Shown here: piece by piece, positions 14,901 through 27,049 of the stretch
How the letters are laid out: the number at the start of each line of letters is the position of its first letter
Position numbering within the stretch: the first letter of the stretch is position 1
Source of the DNA: Octopus vulgaris
Lineage: Eukaryota
Direction of reading: 5' to 3'
NCBI GenBank assembly: GCA_951406725.2
Contig: OX597815.1
Location: forward strand, 100,316,001-100,380,000
DNA length: 64,000 nt
Program-made: the position numbers and the translations under genes
The notes under the pieces: model-generated
Told to the model about the DNA's origin: nothing
Seen by the model: the letters and a program-made list of their open reading frames with translations, nothing else
Database searches by the model: none

Positions 14901-15029
14901 AGTTTTTTTGTTTGTTTTCATTTTTGTTGTAAGCATCTCTGATCTGAAGACATATTCCCACCCCCTCTATCACCAGTCACAGAGTCACTCGATTTTGTCC
15001 TTCCTCCCTCGGCTGTATGCACACGTGTG

Positions 15030-15135
15030 AGAGCGCGTGCCCCAGTGGTTAGAGTGTTAGCCTCACGATCGCAAAGTGACGTATTCGATTCCTGAACCGG
15101 AGAAATCGCTGTGTCCTTGAGCAAGGCAATTCCAT
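15030..15135 (+). mobile_element. tRNA-derived SINE head (degenerate)
   Basis: A-box-like cagtggttag, B-box-like ttcgattcc, followed by tgtgtccttgagcaaggca; similar to the 22477 element. Confidence 0.65.
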
Positions 15136-15513
15136 TAGTGGCTTTATATTCCCCTCAACTGAAAGTGAATACTAGCAACATACACATTATAAATTGCAGT
15201 GAATTTGCCGAATCGTTAAAGCTTCATATATAATTACGCCCTTTTAAGCTCTGAATTCAAAACCGGTTATGGTTATCCATTCAGTGTCAATAAACTAAAT
15301 ATCATTCAAGCGTTGGAGAAATATTTAATACGGTTATTATTATATAATGCAATTTATAGATCAATGTGTCTCTTCTGTTTTGTTATTTTGATTATTATAT
15401 TTCATATTAGTCCCCGTTATTTCTTCTCCACCATTTGTAATTTGCTTTTGTGTTGTCCCCACGTCTTCAACACTTGTGGTCAATAAAAGAAATCATTATT
15501 ATGGTTATTAATT

Positions 15514-15937
15514 AAGGCAGCGATCTGGCAGAAACGTTAACTCACCGAGTAAAATGCTTAGGGGCACTTCGTCCGTTCTTACGTTCTGAGTACAAACTCT
15601 GCCGAAGTCGACTTTGCCTTTCTTTCTTTCGGAGTCGATAAAATAAGTATCAGTTGAGCAATGGGGTCGATGTATTTAACTTAACCCCACCCCCGAACTT
15701 GCCGGTCTTGTGCCAAAATTTGAAACCATTATTATTGTTATCAGTTAAAGCGACGAACTGGCAGAACAATTAGCTCGCCGGCAAAATGCTTAGCAGCGTA
15801 TCGTCCGTCTTTACGTTCTGAGATCAAATTTCGCCGAGGTCGACTTTGCCTTTCGGGGTCGATGAAATAAATACCAGTCGATGTAAGTGATTTATCCCTT
15901 CCCACAAAACTATGAGTTTTGTGCCGAAATTTGAAAT
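15514..15937 (+). mobile_element. Two head-to-tail SINE family B copies
   Basis: Two units (15514-15726, 15748-15937) of ggc..gctggcagaa..gttag..aaaatgcttag..ttacgttctgag..gtcgactttgccttt..ggggtcgatg..tgtgcc.aaatttgaaa. Confidence 0.8.
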
Positions 15938-16830
15938 TATTATTATTAATTATTTTTTTCTTCTTGATTTAAAAAATTTTCTCTTTTCACGCCTTTTTTT
16001 AATTTCGTGTTTTTTGGGTTTTTTTTACCAATAGCTTAGTCAGAGAAAAAGTGATACTTTTCCATGCCCCCTAAAACTGTTGGAAAGATTGACGTTATCC
16101 TCAAATCGGAGATCATTCTCGAAGCTTGCAACATTTCTAACTCTGCGAACGTCACTTAAGATACACATGGTGATGTTAAATCCAGAAAGGGGACAAGTTC
16201 GCCACTCAAAAGCAGGAAAAGTCCTTGTGCGGGGCTTCCACTGTTTCTGTCGATTAAATTTTGTTTAACAAGGCTTTGATAGACCCTAGGTTGTGGGAGA
16301 AGACATTTGCGAAGGGAATTTCTTAACCATACTACCACGCCTATCTATATCTTGCCATGACCACACCCTTTACATCCTTCTCTCTCCATATCACGGCCAC
16401 AGAACTGAAAGAGTTCGATAGACTGACTAAATATTGACAAAACAGACAGAAAGACAAAGAATCTTGGAAGATAAAGTAGCTCCATTAATCTATCAATGAT
16501 TACGAACTTCAATCGATTACCTCAAAATCAACTTCAAATGTGATAAGAAGAAAGTTTTGTCGTGGATATTATTTTTGTTGTTCTTGTAAATAGTGTTTTG
16601 CTTTTGTTTTTGGAGGAGGTAGATGGAGGTAAACAAGAGCTTTCGCTGTTTGTTTTCTGTGTATTTTCTATCGTTTTCTTTCATTTCTTTTTTCTTCGAC
16701 TTTAAGCTTTTCATTTATCTTTCCTGGGTTTTGTAATGTTTGTTGTATATTTTTGTCTTGTTCTCTTTTGTTCTTGTTCTTCCTATTTCTAGTTAGTTTT
16801 CTCTGTTGTTTTATATTCTTTGTATGTAAA

Positions 16831-16882
<52 letters not shown>

Positions 16883-17185
16883 TTTTTGCCACTCTTTACA
16901 CAATTTGCACACGGTGCCGTTGTTTCTTTTTTGTGCTTTTTTTTTTCAGAGGGAGCGGGAAGAGGAGAAGAGAGCGTTTCGCTGATTTTCTTTCTATACA
17001 ATGGTTCCGTGACACATGTAAGAACAAGATCTACCTCAATTCACGTTAGTATCAATTCTTTATCATTGACCGACAAACTTCAAACACACGCACAGGCGCA
17101 CATAAACACAAACATATATACATACACACATACAAACATACATACATATTTACATACATCACACATCTGTATACATACATTTATA

Positions 17186-17225
<40 letters not shown>

Positions 17226-17507
17226 CACACATACGCATATATGTCTGTATAAGCATCAAGGGAATATAGTATAAGTACAGAGTACATAATAAATCTCTAT
17301 ACAAATATATATCGGCCTACACATAGACACATACATGCACATACATACGTAAGTGCGTATGTACATACACACATACGTGCGAATATACATGTAAACGCGC
17401 GCATACATAAGTGCTGCATAAACATACATACATACATTACATAAATATATATACAATATAGATTATGTAGAGCCAATTATGTGTGCCTGTGCATGTGCGT
17501 GTGCATA

Positions 17508-17564
<57 letters not shown>

Positions 17565-17811
17565 ATGATGATGTCAAACAGTGTCAACAGACCGACTCTC
17601 GTAACTGTTGTCTGACAAATCGTTAATCTCTAGGGAACAGAAAATATCCAGGTGACACAACGCATTTCTACAGAAAGAAAATAAGTAGAAGGAAATATGA
17701 GAACAAATAGATAATCTTGTAATCTCGTCTGCCAACAAAAACTAACAGCAACAACAACAATAATAATAACAACAACAACAATAACAATAAAAATAATAAC
17801 AACAACAACAA

Positions 17812-18831
17812 CAACACTCAGAGCGCAAACCTCTGCCAAGGCAGCATCAACGTCCTCTGAACTATTAGCTGGAGATGAATTTTAAAATGAGAATATCTGA
17901 AATAAACTCGATTGTTTTCACAAACGAGAATACTAAAAATGAACCCGACCTCTCTCAAAAATTTAGTAAAAAACCGGGAAAATAATCCAGAATCCTTGTC
18001 CGGTACCTCATCGATCCCAAAAGTAGTCATGGAATGTGAAGGTGGGTGTGTGGGCTGTGTGTGTAACACTGTGTGTGTGTGTCGTCTACAATGAGAACAG
18101 GGACAGATTTCTCTATGAAGGCCTCTTTTAGTCTATCCACTGACATAGTGCCTTTACAACCATTAAAGTCTATAGTGAAAAGTTTAACTGTGCATGAAAG
18201 AAAACGGAAAGGACCTGCATACGGTACTGTTAACAACATCGTTGCGCACAAAAACGTAAGTCCAAGAAGTAAAGCTTCCTTCAAGGTAGAACTAGAAATG
18301 CAATTAAGTAGGTAAGAGGTTTTAAACAGGAGCGATATATTCAAAGTTAGTAAAACTAAAAGTTGTCGAAGATAAATTAAATGTATTATTGTTACTGAAC
18401 ATGTTAGTGCTATTTAATTTCAGAACGGTTTTGCTGCCGTTTGTTTATGCAGTTTGATTTTTTGTATCCATCAGTTTCTACAAAGATAGAGACGGGAGTA
18501 AAATTAATAAAACTTTAGAAATGAAAATAAAACTTCGGAAACTGAAACATCACCATAACTTACGTGGAAACCATGAGCATGCTTTCAAGGGAGATAATCA
18601 AAGACTTGAAAGTGAACGTAAGATCGTAATACTTCATGTAAAATAAATATAACAAAGAATCCAGAATCCATGTCCGGTATCTGATCGATTCCAAAATCTA
18701 ATCAGTTCGCGCCAGTCACGAGGCCAAGCATCCCTGAAAGTTTCATCCGAATCCATCCAGCGGTTCTTGAGATACCTTGTTCACGGGCAAACAAACAAGC
18801 ACAACTGAAAACAATACCTCCGCCTTCGCTA
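17812..18831 (+). mobile_element. Helentron/HINE-like non-autonomous element, interrupted
   Basis: 5' cactcagagcgcaaacctctgccaagg; 3' aagtttcatccgaatccatccagcggttcttgagata..aaacaatacctccgccttcgctaa; internal repeat aatccagaatcc.tgtccggta at ~17984 and ~18658. Confidence 0.6.
18085..18275 (-). mobile_element. Gypsy LTR-retrotransposon integrase C-terminal (GPY/F module) remnant
   Basis: LTVPYAGPFRFLSCTVKLFTIDFNGCKGTMSVDRLKEAF resembles the PY.GPF....VSxDRLKPA motif of Gypsy integrases. Confidence 0.7.
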
Positions 18832-18999
18832 AACAATTTTCAGGATCAATAGTGGCTTATTGAGACGGAAGCTTGCGGATTTCTTTTCTTTATGGTAGAA
18901 CGATGAGCTTAAAAAAGTTCTTTTTATATTCGATAGACAACCAGGGTTGCCGAATGTGCGAAAAGGAATACAAGAGTTACGAAATGGAGTATGGGAAAT

Positions 19000-19089
19000 C
19001 CGTGCTACATATGTTTCACAGCGAGTGAAGCCTGAGAAGTGGTAAAATTCAAAGTAAGGTGTACGCCGCCGGTTACTCTTCAGCCCAAG
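19000..19089 (-). ncRNA. Mirror hammerhead motif in the left arm (degenerate stem I)
   Basis: Minus strand gggCTGAAGAgtaac...gctgtGAAACATATGTAgcac (plus TCTTCAG 19077-19083, TACATATGTTTC 19006-19017). Confidence 0.5.
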
Positions 19090-19300
19090 GATATTTTGAT
19101 TAGATTAAAGGCTACATTGTCGCAAGGAGGTACATGTTGACGCAAAGAGAATTCAATCAAAATGTGTGAAGGATTCGGTATGTGAGGGGTATCTAAATGA
19201 AGGGAGAATAAGTGTGCCTTCCACACATTCTGATTTAATCCACTTTGCGTCAACATGTACCTCCTTGCGACAATGTAGCCTTTAATCTAATCAAGATGTC

Positions 19301-19382
19301 CTTAGCCTGAAGAGTAACCGGCGGTATACACCTCACTTGGATTTTACCACTTACTACTCGCTATGAAACATATGTAGCCCAG
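19301..19382 (+). ncRNA. Type I hammerhead ribozyme motif (palindromic stem III), weakened stem I
   Basis: CTGAAGA 19307-19313 ... GAAAC-ATAT-GTA 19365-19376; stem II GTA/TAT; stem I cttagc/gcccag only partly paired. Confidence 0.6.
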
Positions 19383-19513
19383 ATTTCCCATACTTCATTC
19401 CGTAACTCTTGTATGTGTGTGAGCGCGCGCGTGTATGTATGTTATGAACGTATGTATGTATGTATATATCTATCTATCTATCTATCCATCTATCTATCTA
19501 TGCATATATATAT

Positions 19514-19572
<59 letters not shown>

Positions 19573-19766
19573 ATATATAGAAAGTATGAAGTCAGATTGT
19601 GGGGTGTTAAAGATAGATTTATTTGTCACTGAAATTTACCACTTGCAATTTCTGAATTTTCATTTACACAGAAATATTACATTACGCTCCATTGCAATTT
19701 ATTACAATGTAGACAGATAGCCGATTCCGAGTTTACTGTGAGAGCCGCATGATTCTCTAAATCCAA

Positions 19767-20167
19767 CAGTGGCAGATCTACCATAAAACTAATGAAGCTT
19801 AAGCTTCGGGGTCCATAATCCTGGAGGGGTCCATCTGAAGTAACTAATTTTTTCATTCTGTTACCAGTCTTAGCGGACGTCATATCATACACATACTAAG
19901 AGTCTAGACACGCAGTGTGTAGCCACGAGTTGTTCACCTGTTGTTTCTACCGGTGTGGAGTAGCATGAAAAATAAAAGTACAAACGACTCGCAGATAATT
20001 CGCTTTACTTGAATTACATTGGAAACTTCAGCCCTACCCCTCCCATTGCAAGGGCACGAAAATTCTTTGACCCTTGTTGGATGTTACCCTACTGTTGCTA
20101 GTTGTAAAGGGTGGCCCCCCCATAACATTTTAAGCTTCAGGGCCCCAATATTGTAGAACCACCACTG
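19767..20167. mobile_element. hAT-type MITE
   Basis: TIRs CAGTGGCAGATCTAC / GTAGAACCACCACTG (12/15) flanked by a near-perfect 8-bp TSD AAATCCAA/AAATCCAT; subterminal taagcttc.ggg.cc motifs at both ends. Confidence 0.8.
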
Positions 20168-20186
20168 AAATCCATATTCTATACAA

Positions 20187-20220
<34 letters not shown>

Positions 20221-20680
20221 TGTGTGTGTGCGCGTGTATTTGATGTGTGTGTATTTGGTATGTGTTTCTTTGTGTGTGTGTGTGTGTACATACGCATACA
20301 TACATACACATATATGCATACACATATACAGATGCTTGCATATACACACATATACATACACATATGGTTGTGTATGTTTGTGTGTGTATATGTACACATC
20401 AGAAAGGAACAATCACGCGAAAGCGATAAACAAAACACGTGCATAAAAATAACAAATTAAATAAAGAAGAAAACAAATAAACAGGTTTTAAAAACAGTCA
20501 AAAAGAAATTGAACAACGTGAGAAAGAAATTGTAAACATCAATTTTTCTATATCTATCACATCTTATGTCTATCTTACACACATACATACACACTACTAT
20601 TTCCCCACTCCCGCTCCCTCTCACCCACTCTTTCTCCCCTTCTCTCTCTCTCTCTCTCTCCCCCTGTATATATATATATA

Positions 20681-22138
20681 TATATAGGTAAACAGTAAAA
20701 ATAATTACAGACATGGACAAGAACATGAAACACCACAGAGACGACACAAGAACCACAGGACGGGACATTCGAAGCCCTCAGTCATCAGTCAAGAACCAGA
20801 TCATCTTAGCAATTTCGGCTGATTAATCTTGAGATTGCTCCGATATGGGCAGCCCGCCAAGGGAAATCTAAGCCAAGCGCATTAGATCCCCTGGAAGAAA
20901 GCTTCGAATGTATACAACACGAGGACGGAAAACGAACGAAGTACACGAACAAAAATACAGAATACGTGACACCAATAAGAATACAAAAACGTAAAAACAA
21001 TAACGGTAAAAATAAAAAATAAACAACAGAACAAAACCAGGACGTAGGACAAGGGTCTTTCGACAGGACGAGTTGAGTATGGGGCTGGCTTATGAAGTTG
21101 TGCCTAATGGCCGCAGGAGACGAACAAATACGTGTTGCTTCGGCGACTGCTGGAACGAAAAGAGCGCTCAACAGCGGCTAGCGGTCACGTGAGAACAAAA
21201 GACAGGAGAAAGGGACAGATGAAAAGAGAGAGAAGGTGGACGAGGGAGGAGAAGAAAGAGACAGATCGAGGGGGCTGGAGGTGAGAGAGATAGAGAAACG
21301 TAGAAGGGGGGGAACGGATGGAGAGGGAAAGAAAGGAAGGGGAATAAGGGAGGAGAGAGAGAGAGAGAAAGAGAGAAAGAGACAGATTAAGAGTCGTATC
21401 AATGCTAGAGAAAAAATATACTTATCGTATAAGGACAATTGTGGATACGTAGCCGCCGATTATATAGGTAAACAGTAAAAATAATTACAGACATGGACAA
21501 GAACATGAAACACCACAGAGACGACACAAGAACCACAGGACGGGACATTCGAAGCCCTCAGTCATCAGTCAAGAACCAGATCATCTTAGCAATTTCGGCT
21601 GATTAATCTTGAGATTGCTCCGATATGGGCAGCCCGCTTAGGGAAATCTAAGCCAAGCGCATTAGATCCCCTGGAAGAAAGCTTCGAATGTATACAACAC
21701 GAGGACGGAAAACGAACGAAGTACACGAACAAAAATACAGAATACGTGACACCAATAAGAATACAAAAACGTAAAAACAATAACGGTAAAAATAAAAAAT
21801 AAACAACAGAACAAAACCAGGACGTAGGACAAGGGTCTTTCGACAGGACGAGTTGAGTATGGGGCTGGCTTATGAAGTTGTGCCTAATGGCCGCAGGGAG
21901 ACGAACAAATACGTGTTGCTTCGGCGACTGCTGGAACGAAAAGAGCGCTCAACAGCGGCTAGCGGTCACGTGAGAACAAAAGACAGGAGAAAGGGACAGA
22001 TGAAAAGAGAGAGAAGGTGGACGAGGGAGGAGAAGAAAGAGACAGATCGAGGGGGCTGGAGGTGAGAGAGATAGAGAAACGTAGAAGGGGGGGGAAGACG
22101 GATGGAGAGGGAAAGAAAGGAAGGGGAATAAGGGAGGA
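20681..22138. repeat. Head-to-tail tandem duplication, 780-bp unit (20681-21460) plus partial second unit (21461-22138), flanked by (TA)n
   Basis: Both units start tatataggtaaacagtaaaaataattacagacatgg exactly 780 nt apart and differ at only a few positions. Confidence 0.95.
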
Positions 22139-22199
22139 TATATATATATATATACGTATATATACTTTCCTACCTATCTATTGCTCTATCAATTGTATC

Positions 22200-22402
22200 T
22201 TTCGTCTTTTTATCTTTTACTTGTTTCAGCCATTAGACTCCGGCCATGCTGGGGCACAACCTTGAGAAATCATTGAGGAACGAATCGACCTCAGAACTTT
22301 TTTTTAAAAGACCTGGTACTTATTCTATCAATCTATTTTGACGAACCACCAGTTTACGGGAACATAATTACACCAACTGTCAAGTGGCGGTGGGGGACAA
22401 AT
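22200..22402 (-). mobile_element. SINE family A, 3' half
   Basis: ttttacttgtttcagccattagactccggccatgctggggcac...ggtacttattctatc. Confidence 0.75.
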
Positions 22403-22407
22403 CCATA

Positions 22408-22476
<69 letters not shown>

Positions 22477-22477
<1 letters not shown>

Positions 22478-22834
22478 GGCGCAATGGCCCAGTGGTTAGG
22501 GCAGCGGACTCGCGGTCATAGGATCGCGGTTTCGATTCCCAGACCGGGCGGTGTGAGTGCTTATTGAGCAAAAACACCTAAAGCTCCACGAGGCTCCAGC
22601 AGCGAGGTGGAGAACCCTGCTGTAGTCTTTCACCACAACTTTCACTCACTCTTTCTTCCTTTTTCTGTTGGACCTGTATGTCACACTGTGTGTCACGCTG
22701 AATCTCCCCGAGTACTACGTTAAGGGTACACGTGTATGTGGAGTGTTCAGCCACTTGCACGTTAATTTCACGAGCAGGCTGTTCTGTTGATCGGATCAAC
22801 TGAAACCCTCGTCGTTGTAACCGACGGGTGCCAC
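22477..22834 (+). mobile_element. tRNA-derived SINE (family C), near full length
   Basis: ggcgcaatggcccagtggttagggcagcggactcgcggtcataggatcgcggtttcgattccc with A/B boxes but no proper acceptor stem, followed by a ~290-nt body. Confidence 0.8.
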
Positions 22835-22839
22835 CCATA

Positions 22840-22940
<101 letters not shown>

Positions 22941-23608
22941 TATATATTTTTTTCCACCTGCCTTCGTCTTTTGTCTATTTTCATAAAGCTTCCCGTTATA
23001 TATATATATATATATATACAAAAATACAAATATATATATATATATGTGTATGTATGTATGTATGTATGTATGTATGTATGTATGTATGTATGTATGTATG
23101 TATGTATGTATGTATGTATGTATATGATTATATATCCCTTCCTGTTTGTTTTCACTGTCCTGTTTGTGTTACCTATTTTGACCCACCGCAAAATCCCAAA
23201 CTTCATTTAATTTACTTTGCAGGAGCAACTGTTTTATCGAAAGCCTATATTGTTGTTAAATGCTCGATATACGAGACTAGAAAAACAGCCAACAACTGAT
23301 GATGGGTTGCTCTTTATGTTGTTTGTTTTGTTTTCCATCTGTATCTTTCGTTGTTCGGAAGAATAGTTCATGTTCCATGTACACGTGCTTCGTACTCTTT
23401 TGTTGTACACGTTTCGTCACGTCCTGTGCCCACATATGCATATATATATATATATATATATATTATTTATATTATATATATATATCTACATATATATATA
23501 TATATAATATATATATATATTATATATATGTATGGATATATATTTATATACATATATATATATATATATATATGTATATGTATATGATCGTGTGTGTGTG
23601 TATGTGTA

Positions 23609-23770
23609 CGAGGAACTTCTTTCAGTTTCTGTCTTCCAAATCTACTCTCAGGGCTTCTGTCGGCCCGAGGTTATAGTAGAAGACATTTTCCCAAGATGCC
23701 ACGCAATAGGACTGAACCTCGAACTATGTGGCTGGGAAGCAAGCTTCTTACCACACAGCCACTCCTGCGT
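23609..23770 (-). mobile_element. SINE family A, 5' half
   Basis: Reverse complement of cgcaggagtggctgtgtggtaagaagcttgcttcccagccacatagttc; further partial copies at ~13070, 13500, 16270, 32665, 51620 and 53935. Confidence 0.8.
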
Positions 23771-24023
23771 CTAGTAGTGTGTGAGTTTGTTTGTGTGTAT
23801 GTGTGTATCTGAGTGTGTGTGGTGTGAGAGAGAGAAAGAGAGAGAGAGAGACATATACGTATATCCATGCATACATTAATATATGACTGTTTCTATCTAT
23901 GCATATATATATATATATATATGTTTGTGTATATCTAGCTAGATAGATAAATAGAAAGACAGAAAGAAAGAAAGAAAGACACATATATACATACATACAT
24001 GCATACATACATACATACATACA

Positions 24024-24056
<33 letters not shown>

Positions 24057-24652
24057 GCATACATACAAACAACCATACATAAATACATACATGCATTCAT
24101 ATATACACCACACATACGTACTTATGTACGTACTTGCTTACGTACATACGTACAAAGAGACAGACAGACGGACGGACCGACATCTATTAATAACGCGTTG
24201 ATTTTTGTCACAGTGAAAGTAATTTTGCGAGATTAATATCTATTTCTAAATATCTTTACAGTTTGGTAAAGTGGCTTACAAGACATGGCTTTGTTTTGTT
24301 TACCTCGTCTATGTTTTTTCGTTTCTTTGAACAGATCCCGCCGTGATCTCTGATTGAACTTCTGTTGTCTCACCGGGAACTTATAGCGACGTAACTGAGC
24401 TTGCTTTATTTTATTTTTCATTAAACATCGGTTCCGAACCAAAAATAGCAATAATTCTCTCTCGCATGTCTCTCACTACTGATGAAATTCTCATCTTCAA
24501 TTTACGTATACGCATGAATTTGTGGCTAGATTAGAGGGGTGTGTGTATATAAGTGTGTATACATGTCTATACGTATCTCTTGTTTCAGTGTGTAGATATA
24601 GATAGGAGCTATGTGAGAATTATATGTATGCATGTATGTGTGAGTGCGCACA

Positions 24653-24688
<36 letters not shown>

Positions 24689-25014
24689 AAGGTTTTATGC
24701 GTATGGCTGTGCAAGTTGGGAATGTTTAGAGGCGATTAAAAATATGTTACCTTCTGTATATCTGAATGTTTTTGGTCATATATATGTGTTTATATATGTT
24801 TCCTGTGTGTATACATGCCTGTGTGTGTATAAATATAATTATATGAAATGTATACATATATTTATATGCATATATATATATATATGTTTGTGTGTATATA
24901 TGTGTGTGTGTCTGTGTGTGGGTGGGTATATACATACATATATATGCATACATATATACACATAAGCATACATACAAACGTATATATATATATGTGTGTA
25001 TATATATATATACC

Positions 25015-25102
<88 letters not shown>

Positions 25103-25271
25103 TATATATATATATATATACATGTTTATTTGTGTGAATTAACGTACTTATGCATATATGTATGAAGATATATATATATCTTTACACTGAAACAAATAAA
25201 AGAGTAAAAGAGAAAAGAGAACATGTATATTTATTATATAAATATATATACATACACACACACACACACAC

Positions 25272-25644
25272 ACAGAACGAGATGCGTCTTTGAGGTCAAA
25301 ATTTCCATTTTTGAACTTGGCATACCAATCATGAGCGGTTCTTTCAGCTATGGCACCCTCTCCAAACACAGCATAAATGTCGCGAGTGGTTTTTGCGGCC
25401 TTAGAACCTTGATTAAAAGCAAAAAGAAGGAGGTGTCGAAAATGCTCGTTTTTCTTAACTTGACATTCCATTTTAATGATCTGAAAATAAACAAAAATTA
25501 ACTAAAATTAACTAAAAAAAAAATTAGATAGATTCTAAAATGATTCAAACATATAATTCTCGAAAAAAATAAATTCAAAATTTTAAAATGCAATAAATTC
25601 AAAAATTAAAAAAAAACGGCAGGAACTTAATTGCCAACCCAATA
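25272..25644 (-). mobile_element. Mariner transposon 5' fragment (TIR plus N-terminal HTH), truncated by a (CA)n run
   Basis: MECQVKKNEHFRHLLLFAFNQGSKAAKTTRDIYAVFGEGAIAERTAHDWYAKFKNGNFDLKDASRS is mariner HTH-like; TA-TTGGGTTGGCAATTAAG terminal sequence at 25644-25626. Confidence 0.85.
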
Positions 25645-26231
25645 TTTATAAATAGTGATGATTCTTTGTTGTTAATAAAGGATCGAACGATTGCAATCAA
25701 ACATCTATGTTGCTGTAAATCATATAACTCTAAATATTGGATTCTTCCAATATTGGATCTAACATTTCTGTATCAAAATGGAAGTTTTTCGCCGAAGCTT
25801 CACAGTTTGTTGTGTCTATTTTGAAAGCTACTTTATCCCAGAATTTTTCTGCTTTCTTTTACCACGTTACCAAGTTCCTTTCAACCATTATAAACCTCTT
25901 TAATCGGTAGGGCCGAAATCAATTTGATTCTGTGCATCGTTGGACATCACGTCCATTTTATTGACTCTTTTTAACTCTACTGACAGGAAAGCTTCCTTGC
26001 GTAAGAGTACATGTATGTATATGTATATATCTGAATGCACGCATGTATGTTCCCCTTATAAGGATATATATTTTCAATATATATTTTGTTTGTGCTTTAT
26101 TCGTTCAGACGTTTAAATCATTGGATTATCTCAATGATTTAAATACACACAGACTCTTTCCCATAAACACACGCAATTTTCTACACAAATTTTCACCGCA
26201 TAAATTTTCTTTGCATATATCTATTTATCTA

Positions 26232-26335
<104 letters not shown>

Positions 26336-26565
26336 TGTGTGTGTGTGTGTATAAGTGAGTTTGGAAGGATATATCATCGGGGTGGACACCGTATTAGATC
26401 TCAGTTAAGTTCCAATTGACGGCTAGCCACAACGATCAAAATCTAATGTCTGCGACTACATTTAGTTGTTGGTCACTCCGTGAATTCTTCAGGTAGGTAA
26501 TTCCATGCTCTCTTCGCTGGACTGTAAAAACTATCTGGAATATATATTAATATTAAAATAATAAA

Positions 26566-26675
26566 GAATATGAAGACTTGTACATCTACAAAATTTATTT
26601 TATAATTATATACACCATATTATAATGACCTACACGTATAAAATAAATTTTGTGGATGTACAAGTTTCCATACTC
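26566..26675. repeat. Inverted repeat (39-bp arms, 32-nt loop) next to (TA)n
   Basis: gaatatgaagacttgtacatctacaaaatttattttata / tataaaataaattttgtggatgtacaagtttccatactc. Confidence 0.85.
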
Positions 26676-26680
26676 CTTCT

Positions 26681-26732
<52 letters not shown>

Positions 26733-26841
26733 AGATTCTACAAGAGTAGGTACAAGCGCTAATATATGATTTATAAAAACATGTGACATTAATATAAAGC
26801 TGTAAATATAAAACCATCCAGATTTCTGAGTACCTTATTTC

Positions 26842-27002
<161 letters not shown>

Positions 27003-27009
27003 TGATAGA

Positions 27010-27046
<37 letters not shown>

Positions 27047-27049
<3 letters not shown>

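Larger units (their letters stand above)
18968..19414. mobile_element. Long inverted repeat (~200-bp arms, 44-nt spacer), each arm carrying a hammerhead motif; inverted Penelope-like terminal repeats
   Basis: Arm 18968-19172 is reverse-complementary to 19217-19414, with a perfect 52-bp block 19096-19147/19243-19294. Confidence 0.9.

Noticed and set aside
20760-20840. Minus-strand CTGATGA in the 780-bp unit (and at ~23297, ~39194) as complete hammerheads
   Set aside because: No GAAA following stem II; the upstream GAAA belongs to a separate hairpin.
22477-22550. tRNA-like sequence as a real tRNA gene
   Set aside because: No acceptor stem closure or terminator; continues into a SINE body.
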